Positions 39,111 through 52,300 of a DNA stretch of 64,000 nt are shown one piece after another (the stretch's first letter is position 1; every line of letters starts with the position of its first letter). The stretch lies in the NCBI GenBank assembly GCA_965285935.1, contig OZ260664.1:46314001-46378000 (forward strand), given 5' to 3'. A program made the translations under genes and the position numbers. The notes beneath the pieces were generated by a model, which ran no database searches, was not told where the DNA came from, and saw nothing but the letters and a program-made list of their open reading frames with translations. The stretch comes from Ophelia neglecta. Taxonomy: Eukaryota.

Positions 39111-42100
39111 CTGCAGGGAGAAATGAAAGATTTTTAGAAATTCACAAATAACAATGAATACTTCAAGAAATCTTTACTTTATGCTGAAAATCTAATACCA
39201 CATACAATTTTGTAAATATATGCATTCCTTTTTGTCTAAGTAAAATGTATTTCTGTCAATGGAAATTTGTCTGTATTATGAAACCTATTAAAACTGTGTG
39301 AAATATTCTTTTCTTAGGGAAGCTTCTCTTCAGTTGTTCAATGCTTGCACTGATAATGTCCACTGGACACGTACACTGTACATGTACCATTTAGAACTGG
39401 TGGGGCCATTTTATCCTTTTGTCTCATCATCAATGTGATTCAGACAGTAAAAGTTAGATCAAATGCAGCAACCATTGTCACTCAAACCATCATCTTGGGA
39501 ATTCATGCAAGTGCCAGCTTAACTATTTGCAGCTCATTTACAAGAATGAATGCGCTACAAACGAGCTGAATTTTATGGTCAGACACACGCATGTATTATG
39601 ACATTAATGGTACTAATATCTGGTCAACAGGGTAATATATATGTAATTAAAAAGCGGCCTTAATAATATTATATCATGGAATGAAAAACTTTACAATTAG
39701 AAAAAAAATCAACAATAGTCAGTTGTAAATACAAAAGATTGAAGGAAAATTTTGGCCTTTATAATCTCTGTCTTAGAAGGAAGACACTTCCATTCTAACC
39801 CATTGATAAGTGTGAGTCTTTAATTGTTAGATGGGGCTGAGTCTCTGCTTCAGCCTAATTCTGGCACAACTCCAGGCTGTCATTGCCTCATATTTATCCC
39901 CTGTTTATCACCTAATAAGGCCTGATTAGAGGGATCCCTGCATGTACGTAATACAGTCTCTAATGACCCAACTCTCACCTGTAATTAAGTAGTCAACTAA
40001 TTTGTTACCACTTTCAAAATGTAAATGTATATATACTTGTAAACATGTATGGCCCTAAGACTTGAGGTCTAAGAAAGGAACAGAGGGTGAAAAGGAACAC
40101 AGTTAGGATAATAAAATGAGGCTTAAATGGTCAAGGTTAGCACTTAGCCCCTCCATTCATTGTTGATCATGACCATCACTGAATATCTTTAAATACTTAT
40201 ATCTGTCATCTAGATCTGGCCCAAGGTTGCTGCTGGAAGGAGTTTTCATAAACATGAAAACTACAATGAAAATGTGTTAATTGACATGCTCATCTAGGCT
40301 TTAAATGTAAACTAAAATGTTTCATTGCAGTCAATTTAAAAGTAAAATTGACACCTTTTGCTAAGAGGCATGCATGTCATTGTCCGACTGAATAGGTAGT
40401 AATAGGTACAAAGAGCAATGGTCAAATGATGAAAGTGTTGGCCATTTATAAAACTGGACACAATATATGTTCAATCCTGTCTGGACAAATAGATGATTGA
40501 TGTTGTTGCATGATATTAAAGAAAAAGTCTTTTAATCATACAGCTCCAAAACATGAAAGCCTCAACACATTGGTGGCCAACCCTGGTTTTCTAGTAAAAA
40601 CCTTGTTTTCTATTAAAGACAGAGAGTTTTGTCAAAGGTCAACTTGCATGTAGGATATAGCAACATATAGGTTATTCAACTTTAACTCTTAGTATGCCTC
40701 ATAAGGCTCCCTAAACTTGGCTCACCCATCTCAATGACCCTTTATATTTTCTGAAAACCAGCTCTGACCAGAGAACTAAACGCAGGCCATATACGTACAT
40801 GAATATGATTGAAGTTTGAAAGTCACGCCAACATGAACTTAATACTGGTGTGCCAACTTCTGAACATGGCAGTCATTACTTCACGTTTGTTATCTCATGT
40901 TAAATAGTAACAAGGACTCGAGCTTGAGAAATGTTACAATTGCATGTTTTCTGTCCATGATTCTCTGTGTCGTCCTAAGACAAGACAATACGGTCAAACC
41001 ATTATGGGTACTAGTCAGGATACTGAACACTGAACTTTGGTCATTGAATAAGTACTACTATTGTTTGTCCCTTTTAAAATATTTCAACTGTTTCTGGACG
41101 TTTCAAGAGATGGCTTTTATTACATTTTGAAATTTTGAGCCCAAGCACCTGAGATATGAGGTAAGAAAATGTGGTTCTTAGTAAAATATTCATAACGCCA
41201 TGGCAAGTCTCTCCAATTGGGACATCATATATAGGACTCCACTATTCTTCTAACCAGCTAATGTTAAATTGAAAATTGTCACATACCAGTAATTATTGGT
41301 GATAAAAAATGGGATGCACACTCAATAAACAAATTATATATGCATTCCATTCTTTTTTCATTATTTTACTTAATAAATGGTCACTAGAATATCTTGAGAA
41401 GATGATTGGAGCAACAGATCAAATATCTTGCTGCTTTGTTTATTAAAGCTACATGTTCTTTCCAAGCTTCTATGACTATCACATTCTGGTACAAAAGCAT
41501 CAATTTCTAATCAGCTCCATCAAATATACACAAGTGGTCATGTCACGAAAACAAAAAGGACAAGCCCTTGTTTGGGAAACAGCATGATGTTTCTGGGGAG
41601 GTCATATCGGTTTAAAATTGAATGGAAATTGACAAAAATGAGGCCATTCTGGGTCCTTTGCTTCATGTCAGATGTATTAGTGATAATATGATAGGCTGGT
41701 GATTAAACCTGTCATACACACATGTACATGTGAATGGGATCAATTATAAATTAATAAAATGGTTGAGGAATGTCTTCAAATTATGGCTAGAAACTAAAAG
41801 GATATGTTCTTATCCACAAGAAGGCAGATCAGGCAAACCTTTCAAAGAAATAAATGAATCCCACAGATTGTTCTTTTATGTACATGCCGGGCATAATAAG
41901 CTTGTCAATGAAATAAGCTCAATAGAGATAATATATCATTATTTCTTCAAATTTTGCAATTGGATTTTCATGCAAAATGTTTGACCATTCAAGAAAAAAT
42001 ATTCCTGCTTTATAAGTGTTCACAATGATGTCCAAGGCAAGACAAAGCCCATGTCAGTAGAATACATGTATAAATCATTCATAGCCAGGCATTGAAAGAA

Positions 42101-42489
42101 AATTTAAGTTGGCACATGTACAACTGAAGCTTAAATGATTTCTATACAATTCAAATCCCAAATGAAAATGTATAGGAGTGTTTGAAGCACTTCAGGTGTA
42201 TCAACAGGAACTGTGACCAATTGTGGACTGGCTTGGAAACATTGGAGATTTTACTTTATTTCATGGTTATTTATTTAGCCCAGTAATTTACTGAGAGAAT
42301 AGTTCCTAATATTGTTGATTTTTGGTATTACAATAAGCTTCTTGACTCCAAATCTGCAGAATAATCGCAGCTCATTTTGTTTTTATAGAAGCATAATAGT
42401 AAAGTTGATCTTTGAGATAAGACAATCATTTTACTCTAAATATATGGAAAACAAGTTTCAAACTTAATTTACTCCTGAGCCTCAGCAAA

Positions 42490-43119
42490 CATGGCCAGAC
42501 TACACACAAATCCATGACTTAACAACAGCCAGACTACACAGAAAGTAATGACTAAACAACAGCTAGACTTCACCAAAAGTCATGACTAAACAATAGCCAG
42601 ACTACACAGAAAGTCATGACTAAACTGCAGCCAGACTATACACAAATTCACGACTAACAAAAGTCAGACGACACACATATATTTATGACTAAAGAACAGT
42701 CAGACTTCACAAAAAGTCGTGACTAAACAGCAGTCAGGCTACAATAAAATGTCAGAGTCATGACTAAAAACAGCAAGGCTACATACAAAATCATGACTAA
42801 ACAATGATCAGACTACACACTAAGTCATGACAGCAGCCAAACTACAAACAAAGTTAAAGTCATGACTAAACAACATAAAGACTACACACAAAATCATGAC
42901 TAAACAGTGATCAGAGTATATAGAAAGTCATGGCTAAACAACAGCCAGACTACATACAACTTAATGACTAAATAACAGTCAGACTACACACAAAGTCAAA
43001 GGCATGACTAAACAACAGCCATACTACACACAAAAGCATGATTAAACAACAGCTAGACTACACATAAAGTCATGACTAAACAACTCTCAGACTAGACTAC
43101 ACATAAAGTCATGACTAAA
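42490..43119. repeat. 34-bp minisatellite, about 18 diverged copies, in gene B intron
   Basis: Consensus CATGACTAAACAACAGCCAGACTACACAGAAAGT; unit junctions form the palindrome AGTCATGACT. Confidence 0.92.
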
Positions 43120-44049
43120 TTTACACCTTTAAAATTAAACTTAACCTCATATACCTAGGGACATTATGAACATGAACTTGGTCATGCCAGATAATAATTA
43201 TTGTTTGTCTTCTGGTCAGAGTCGAAATTTGGCTGCATCTTCAACTGCTCCCAGCAATTAAAGGATGAGACTATCAATCAATTAAATATTTATAGATATG
43301 GCAAATAAATCAGTTTCACTCCAGGTTTCAGCTCCTTACATTAAGACATTTTATATAGAGGTACTTTGAATTTTGGCTGGGCTATAAATAATCAAATATC
43401 CCACCTTTGCAAGGCCTGACTATTAGAAAAACCCTCTTCCTGTCACTTTCTGCCAGCACCATCTGTCAGATGACCCTGCTTCTTCAGAAAGGATTAATAG
43501 GCAGGGACCCCCTACCGCAAGAAGGAAACAGAAAACTGCCCCCCCCCCCTTCCCATACTTTGGCAGCCTTTGCCCAGTTGTTCAGGGCTAATGATTGTAA
43601 GCAAAAAATTTCAAAGTTATTAGGCCAGTTGCCTAACCAGTTTTGAAAGCCCCATGGCCCCTAGAATTTATGCACATTTGTGACCAGTTTTTATTTGCAC
43701 ATGTAATCCACTAGTGCCTTGTTTCAAAAACGCCCTCATATCAGCTTCTCTAAGTAGAATTTTGTACTGTTTGATAAAGTATTGTACCGTCACCCCCAGC
43801 CTTTTCTCCTGAAAGCATTTTCCCGAGTTCTATGTTCATTGGGTGCAAGGCATTGACTACAAAAGTAATTAATTATGGGCTGCTAGATTTTTCTTCAAGC
43901 TCACAATTTCAACATACTTGTAGCCAAGTAGGCATACAGAACATGTATCTCAAAATCTTAATTTCTATCCAAAGTGATGCCTGCTAGGGAGGCATTTCTT
44001 TCCCAGGTGATACCTGGTAGAGAGGGGAGGCGAGGGAGGCATTGTGTCT

Positions 44050-44245
44050 TATGTAATGTGCCCTCCATTGTTGTCACTTCTGCTGAAGAAGCAGTATTCT
44101 GGTTATTGTGCCTACACATGGTGCCTTATATATAACAATGGCTGTAATGACTACTGATAAATTAACATTGACAGGCCCGAATTAAGCAGTTATCTCAATA
44201 CAAATAGGCCACATGTTCGTCTATGTCTGGTGCCACAAATTAACC
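44050..44245 (+). repeat. About 195-bp diverged direct repeat, copy 1
   Basis: Shares TACACATGGTGCCTTA, AACAATGGCTGT, TTGACAGGCC and ATCTCAATACAA in the same order with 44817-45014. Confidence 0.85.
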
Positions 44246-44309
44246 CCATAAAATATTTTAATCTTCACAGACTATCTCAAAATCAGTGAAAGACAACTTT
44301 AATAAGAGA

Positions 44310-44800
44310 AAACCCAAGGGAGGGGGGGGGGCTAGGAGTCTGTTCCTACCTTCCCCCCACACACCTTGGGAGGGGTGATGCCCCCCCCCCCTCCCCCCCC
44401 CCCCACATACACACTGGCAGGGGCCATGGGCCCTTCCCTCCCCCCACACACCCCTAGAAAGGGCGGTGGGCTTTTACTATCCTCTCACCTGCCCTTGCTC
44501 CCCCCACAAACACACACACGCTTATAGGGGTATTGTGGGTCCCTACCCTTTCTGCCACACCCCCTGGGAGGGGTGGTATGCCCCATACCCTCACCCACCT
44601 CCCTCCACACACACAAACACACACACCCTGGGAGCAGTTACATGACCCTATCCTCCCTGCACACCCCTTAGGAGAGGTGATGGGCCCCTACCCTTCCCCC
44701 TGACCCCCTGGGAGGGGTAGTCCCTACCCTCCCCCCAGACCCCCTTGGGAGGGGTAAAGAGCCCCTTCCCTTCCCCCCACACCCCCTGGGAGAGGTAATG
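44310..44800. repeat. C-rich degenerate repeat (about 40-bp units)
   Basis: Recurring CCCTTCCCCCCACACACCCCTGGGAGGGGT-like units with C runs and CA tracts. Confidence 0.8.
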
Positions 44801-44816
44801 GGGTACTACATACATG

Positions 44817-45014
44817 TATGTAATGGCACACACCTCCCTTATCAGTTCTGATGCTAGTAGCTGTATTCTTGCTATTGTGGTTACACATGGTGCCTTACAT
44901 ACAACAATGGCTGTGATGACCTCACAGATATTACCTTTGACAGGCCTTAATTAGGCTGTAATCTCAATACAATTCGGCCATATGTTTGTCCAAGCATGGG
45001 GCAACAAGGTAACT
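44817..45014 (+). repeat. About 195-bp diverged direct repeat, copy 2
   Basis: Colinear with 44050-44245. Confidence 0.85.
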
Positions 45015-45750
45015 AGACATCTTTCCTCCGTATCTCTGTAGCTAGACATAGGGAGAGACAATAAGAGTGGTGGCCAAGCCTTATGTAACATGGCCACACT
45101 CTTCAACTTTGGCGCCTTTTAGCAAAAACATTTGGCCAGAAAAGCACACATTATTCAATGCTTAGCCAATACAGCAAGCCTGATTGGCTCTATATTATAA
45201 GAATTTGACCAGGCTTGCTATTATATCACACAACAAACTATTATTTTATTTATTTGACAACTGGAGCAATGCACAATTACTACATAGCAGAAAAGGTGCC
45301 TGCACCTGTCAGTTTTTTGACAAAATTCAAAACTTAAAAGTAGGGAATATTATATGGTAGAAATATAAACTGCTTTCATTTGGTCTTAAATACTCCATCC
45401 TGCATCATTTTCTCATTAAACTGTCACACATGAGACATCGTTTATCAATCTCCTCAGGTGTGACAACCTAATATTACGTGAGGGAAATGTCCAATTTCCC
45501 CTAGGTATGAAAATAAATTGTACATTTCAGTGCTACAACACGCAGGATGCTAATAAATTGAGGGGTTTCACTTTTGGGGGCAAGGGGGAGGGGGGGGGTA
45601 ACCATTATCGTCACTGCATTTCAAAATCAATCCAAATGAATTCAGATAAGAATGAAAGTCAGAGCATTTTCCAAAACTAAAATAATAAATTTAAATTTAT
45701 TAACACTAGTAATATAATCTAAACTCCTCAGCTTGGATAATGATACATAC

Positions 45751-48516
45751 CTTTGACGGATAAGAATCTCCAGGCCCTAATATTCTTACAGTGGCTTGGT
45801 TTGACATCTGATTACCACCTTTTTTAAAGCCTTTTGACCAGTCTTCATAGGTTGGGAGAGGACGCTTGTTATCTGCCATGTCTTCAGTTGCTGGACCTGC
45901 TGTCTTGTTTCTGGATTTTCCCATAGTAAATCCCAGGTTATGTCTCCAAGGCCATGAAAATACTTTGCGATTATTTTTTGTTTTGAGTGATTTTCTGCAG
46001 TACCTTTTGATGATTAAAGCCAGAATGATTAGTGTTACAATGGCCACTAGACTGCAGGTTGTTGCCACAGCGATGACAATGACCAGGTTATTATCCCCAG
46101 GCTCTGAAGGGTCTCCAGATCTCCAGGCCTGTGTCACTGATCCATTGATGGCTATCTTCAGGTGTGCTTCACCACTGAGAGAAGGGCTGCCACCATCAGT
46201 AACCCTGATGATTACTTCTATCAAACTCTCTTTCATCTCATCCATCTCTCTATTGAGGTAGATCACCCCAGATGTACCATCTATTGTGAAGAGATCTTCA
46301 TCAGCTGGAGTCTGCAGGGTGTAGAATAACTCAGCATTGTTACTCTCATCCCCATCACCAGCAACCACTCTGGTGACAATGTGACCAGGCTCAGCTTTGG
46401 GCGAAAGGAAAACAGTTTGGTTCAGTCTATTAGGAAAGATAATAACTGGGACATTATCATTAAGGTCCTTAATATGAACGGTGGCTGTGGCCCTGGAGAC
46501 ACTTCTATTGCTTTCTGCCAGCACTTCAAAGGAGTAGAATGATAGGTGTTCCCTGTCAAGAGTTTCCGTAGTATAAACTACGCCAGAGGTTGATTCTATT
46601 CTAAAAGGAATTTTTGCGTCAGATACAATAGAATAATTTACTGGGTTATGATTCTCCGGCAAATCATCATCCACAGCTTTTAACTGGCCCACCAGTACAT
46701 CGGAAGGCTCATTTTCTAGAATCTCAAAATCATAGTTCGTCACAAACGTTGGTACCGAATCATCTTCATCCAGTACAGATACAACAACCACTGTAGTCCC
46801 AGTCAACTGAGGCTCTCCATGGTCAACAGCAACAATAGTGGTATTGACTTCAAAGTTCTCCTCTCTGTCTAGACTTAATTTGGTGGTAAGCCTACCTGAA
46901 TCCTGATCAATATCAAAGAATTCATTGCCACCGGCTGAGATTTTATATGTAACTCTTGCATTCTCCCCACTGTCTTTATCAGATGCAGACACTTGGACCA
47001 CTAATTCCCCTATTGCATTATTTTCCATTACACTTACAAGGTATATAGGCTTACTGAATAAAGGAGGGGAGTCGTTAGTATCGGTTACTCTCACTTTAAC
47101 CCTTGCTAACGAGGACTGAACAGGTTCTCCTTTATCTTCACACATTATCTCCAGATTAAATACACCATTTTCCTCTCTGTCGAAATTACCAACAGCTTCT
47201 ATCATAAATTCTGTTGGATAAAGCTGACTTAGTCGGAAATTGAAATTATTGAGTGTGCAGGCAAATTGGCCATTAGAGCCTTCATCAGGGTCTCTTACAG
47301 ACAGGTGGACGACTGCTCTGGGGTCATTAAGCACCTCAGGAACAGACACGAAACTATCATTTCCAGTTAAAATATTTACCCGGATGTTGGGTGCATTGTC
47401 ATTCAAATCCTGTACTTGAATATTGACGGTGGCCATTGCCGTGAGGGAACTCGTACTCTGATCTCTAGCAATTACACTTAAAAGGAAGGAACTGGCCTTT
47501 TCATAGTTTAGAGTCCCAGTGATGGTTATTTCCCCACTCCTGTCATTAATTGAAAACAAATCACCAAATAATTCTCTAGTTCTTCTTGAGAATTCATACA
47601 GTACTTCTCCGTTGAGGCCATGATCTTCATCAATAGCTTGTACCCTGGTTAATACATAGCCGGCCCCAACATTCTCAGGGATGTTCACAAAATAATTTTG
47701 TCTTTCAAACACAGGAGGATTGTCATTGACATCAGACACAGTTATGTTGACCAGCACTGAGCCAGTATTACCCGGGCTACCTCCATCCACCGAGATGATG
47801 ACAAACGTATAGAAAGCCACAATCTCGCGGTCAAGGGATTCCTTTAGACCAATGGTCAAGTCCTCGGCTTCAATGCTGTTTGTAAAGCCTACTAAATCGA
47901 AAGCGGTAGAGTTGGAGACAAGTGTGTACTCCTGAATGCTGTATTTAGGGCTGTCATTATCCACGGCTAGTGGGATGGCTAAGGTTGTTCCTGGCACAGA
48001 AGACTCGGGTAGAAATAAAAACACTTGAGTATCTGGGAAGGTCGGCTTATTATCATTGAGATCATTGACTAGAACTGAAATTTTGATAATCTGAAAATAC
48101 TGCAGAGGTTGTACCTGAATGTCTAGTAAAATATAACAAGACTCTTGAAGTGGGCAAATATTTTCCCTGTCAATCTTAACTGATGTTAAAATTTCACCTG
48201 AGGCATCAATACTGAAGAAGTCATGCATTTTAGCAGGGTGTTCCAAAAATGAAAAGTACATTGTCTGAAGCTGTGTAGAATCATACTTGAGTCCTAAATT
48301 GGCATCTTGAACAATATTTCCAACTGATGTTTTCACAGGTTGTTCTTCAAATATGGAGTATTGAATAGCACTGTCCAAAATATTTTGGCCTGAACAGGCA
48401 GCAAATGTCACCCAAAGAAACAATACTAATAGTGGGACACCCATCCTCCAAAAGAGGCTACAGTTCACAACCAAATTTGATCCCTTGGCTTTAATCATAT
48501 ATCTAAACACATCCAT
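45751..48516 (-). CDS. Protocadherin B (7-EC, delta-like), large ectodomain/TM exon
   Basis: EC1 DRENIC-x5-C; seven cadherin repeats; TM LVIVIAVATTCSLVAIVTLIILALII followed by KRYCRK; donor AAG|GTATGT at 45751/45750, phase 0 (922 codons). The real start may be the ATG at 48444 (AGGATGG, MGVPLLVLFLW signal peptide). Confidence 0.95.
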
Positions 48517-49398
48517 ATCACTACTTTTTGAACAAAAAGCTTTTCAGAAAATGTCATGACAGGTATTCATTCCTCACCAGCTTTTCACAAAATGGCAATC
48601 TTCTCACACTTCAAAGTATGAAAACTATGGATTAGACCTCAGAATGAGCCTGCGAAGTAGGTTTCCCAGCAGGGAGAGCAAAATAATTCATGTAATGGCT
48701 TCAATTACATAAAACAAAATGCAATGTGACCAACCGCTTGACAATGTTATTTAGTGACACCCCTGTCAATTGTCTCATTTCTTCAAAAGTATCTCCACTT
48801 CAAAGGTGATCACACAAAACGTTTCTGTCTCATTGAGCAATACCATTTTCAAGTTTCCTTTCCAAGTATATTCACAGGACACTTCTAATGATTCTGCAGA
48901 TTTCTGAATTGTTTCTCTTCCTACTGACCACACTAATTTACCATGGATGGTTGGAAAATCTGATGTTGAACTTGAGAAGGTAGTTGAGATCAGTCCACTT
49001 GAGGTATATTTAATAGGAGCGATGTCAATACTTGGTCCCGGGGAGACTCTACAAACCTCAACATGTCCTGGGATCCTTGCCTCTATTAGCCTGCTTGGGA
49101 ACTGTGCGATCTCATGTATACCCCTCTACTGGTCATCTGGCAGTCCTATCCACTGGGGATGCTCACACATTAGCACCTGCTGCACGCAGAACTAACACCT
49201 TGACGCCCCACGGTGGCAAAGAACAATTTACACCACAGATCTCCTGCAGGGAGTTACTTCTGGTTGTTAGTCCTGTTCAGAGCATGACATGAGTGTCCTA
49301 GTCCAGCGGATGTCTCCTAAAAGCATTCATGTTGTGCTTGAATGGCCTTGAAATCCATAAATATGTTTAGAGTTAGAATCAAATAGGTTCTTTGATGC
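48517..49398 (-). other. Possible 5' UTR portion of the gene B large exon
   Basis: Candidate acceptor TTTCAATTTTTTATTTAG| at 49399/49398; other acceptors cannot be excluded. Confidence 0.35.
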
Positions 49399-52300
49399 CT
49401 AAATAAAAAATTGAAATTTCTATCAATATCTCAAAAGTTTTCTCTCAGCAATCGATGGCAGTTGCAGGGTTTTTTAATTTTTTGAAGTAGGCTTCTCCCT
49501 GAGAACAATGTCTAAAACCCTAATGAGCTGAACGTGCCATCGTGCGACTGTTATGGCCCTTTAGTCCCTGATGTTTCTGAGCCTTGACTCGGTCAACTCT
49601 GGAACGACAAGCATAGAAATGATAATTAATGGCCTGGGCCCATAGTAAAACACTCTCACCAGGCACATTTAAAAGAGGACTTGTTCATCCATCAGAGGCT
49701 GCAGGGACTATGTCATACACCATTCACATGTCTTCCGTTTACACGGCTGACTGACTACCTACGCACCGGACTACCATTTAACACATACCTGGCATTAAAG
49801 GCTAGCATTAAAGCCCTTGTAATGATGGTCTACTCTTTCATTAAATAGGGAGAACAACAAAGAAGATCACTTTTAGTACACATGAAAACTCCCCTTACTA
49901 TTTGAGACTATGCCTAATGAGATGCATGCGAAAAGATCAAGAAATGTGTGTCTGCTGCCGAGCAGCCTTCTAAAACCATATCTTTCCGATCATTCAATTG
50001 ATCACAGTCGCACTTTCCCAATAGTGTCAAATGATTGGATAAGCTCTCCGGCTGATATGATCACATGACCTGGACAAAGCTAGTTTTAAACATATTGAAT
50101 AATAAACATGGAAACGTGTGTTTGGAGTGATTTTAACTTGCTGAGGTCTAATCCCCTGGGATATCAATTACTCCAGTAAGATATATCAGTTACCACTTTC
50201 TTTGGGACTTTGTCCGTTTAAAATCACTATACTTATGGTCCATTAATCAGCAACAAACATAAGTCAACATTATCCAAGTATATCAGATGTGGGGGGAGCC
50301 CTATTTAAACATGTGAGTATTGGAGCTAGACTTCAATACACTTAAGAGTCTAAGATCTACCAATACAGGGGTGATTACTGGATATTGAAAGAAAACATTA
50401 CATGTTGATCCCTCAAATCATTCAAAAGCCCTGAACTATTCACTCTCAATCCTTCTTTTCACCAGAAATACCAAATTAACTCCGGTTGATTTGGATTCTA
50501 AGATCAGAAATTTAATTGCCCGTGGGCGTTTACCTTGTTCTTGCACATTGATTACAATTGTATAACTACATGTAGGAAGGAACAAAAAACCTTCTGAGTG
50601 AACAAGAATTAAGTTCCTAAACTATTTGCATCAACAATGATTGTTTTCACAGAAAATTCACCACTGAACTCTTTTTATCCCCAAGTATATTGTCTACATA
50701 CTTGTATAATTGTGAACAAGAAACACAAACTTGTTAATGTGTACCTTCAAAATATACTTGGAGCATATTTAAACTTCAAACGTTGGCCTTGCCAATAAAA
50801 CATCATAAAATAATATAAAATAGTCCTTACCTTTAATTAGAAAAATTCACTATGAATTGCATTTGTTTTAGGAAAAAAAACAAAAATGCAGCAGCATCTT
50901 TTAAAATTTCTCTACCAGATATATAAATGCCACTTACATATTAAATCTACCGGGTACCAATTTAAGAAACACGATACCCATCTGGTACCTGCTATTCAGT
51001 ATTGCTGTGCCTTGTTCTTGCAGAAATGATGTGACAAACATCCAGATATTAGGAGCTTACCAACCATGCAAATAAATATATAAAAGAGCAAAACTAGTGT
51101 GTCACTAAATGATGAATTCCTTGTCTAAATCTGGCCTCCCTGACAGCCTTTTGGGTGGACCTAATTACACATCTCAGGGAACCTATTCAGCTTCTCAATG
51201 GATACCTGGTGCAATGCACACATAATGTCACCATCAACTAACCCCCTGACATCAAACTCTGATGGCACGGCACTGGAAACTGTTCACCGGTTTACCAAAC
51301 TGACAAATACATTTATTTTATCTACTTCTGTCGAGGGTTATCACGTTCAGGTCATGACAGGAGATACATCCTCCGGTGAAAGCACATTGTTTATAATGGC
51401 TTTGGCCCTGGCTGAATTAACTTGAATGATCATTGGTATCATAAAAAACCTTAATTCTTAAATAAATTGCTGACAACTTTCAGAACATCATACATCTTTT
51501 TTACAACAAACGACTGCAGCTGTTAACTTGTCCATTTCCAGTGATTTATGCAGATATTTTAGAGTATATTTATCAAATAAAAGCTCACCTTTGGGTTTGA
51601 TTTGAAAATAGAATGTGCTGATGATTTCCTCTGAGAGACAAGATGGCTGTCACATAGTTAATTTATTATATAACTGTGACATATACAGGTGAGTCGATTA
51701 AAATGTCTTAAAGAATCTGATCAGGGCATGATATAAAAATACTATTGGGCTGTTCGGGAAACTGCTAGTCTATATGATGAAAGTCAGGTAGATTGAAGAC
51801 CAAAATGGTAATAGCTGCATGCATTAGCAGTATAATATGCCGGTAGACAAGACTTGAATTAACTATAAGGGCCATCAATGAGATTCAGAACAGTTACCCA
51901 ATTGTTGCTCTGATATGGAATAATAAACTATGTGGACGCTGTTTACCGGACATTCCTGAGGATCACAATAGTTACCTGCATCTGTAAAACAAAGCACTGA
52001 TTCATTAGTGGCCAATTTGGAATTCACACCATTCAATAACAGAGCTGGTGGCATGAGGCTTCATCCATTGTAGAAACAGTCTGAAACAATGTCTGTTCTT
52101 ATTGGAGCAAACACCCGTCGTCCTCCTGGTCTGACATTGATCCTCCTTCACGTTAATGTGTATCATTGTCAGCAGAGTGTGTGTTCTGATTGAACAGAGG
52201 ATTAGAGACAACTGAACAGCGGAGAACAATACCAGCACAAACTGCATTATGATCATACCAACCCCTGTAATTAAAATAGTGCTGAACATCACATCTGTAG

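Noticed and set aside
42490-43119. CRISPR-like array
   Set aside because: Whole units are homologous (no unique spacers), there are no cas genes, and the context is a eukaryotic intron.
45751-46010. Vertebrate delta1 CM3 (RRVTF, PP1-binding) or WIRS motifs; PCDH1/7/9/11 gene symbols
   Set aside because: No convincing match in the tails; orthology cannot be assigned by eye, so no symbols are given.
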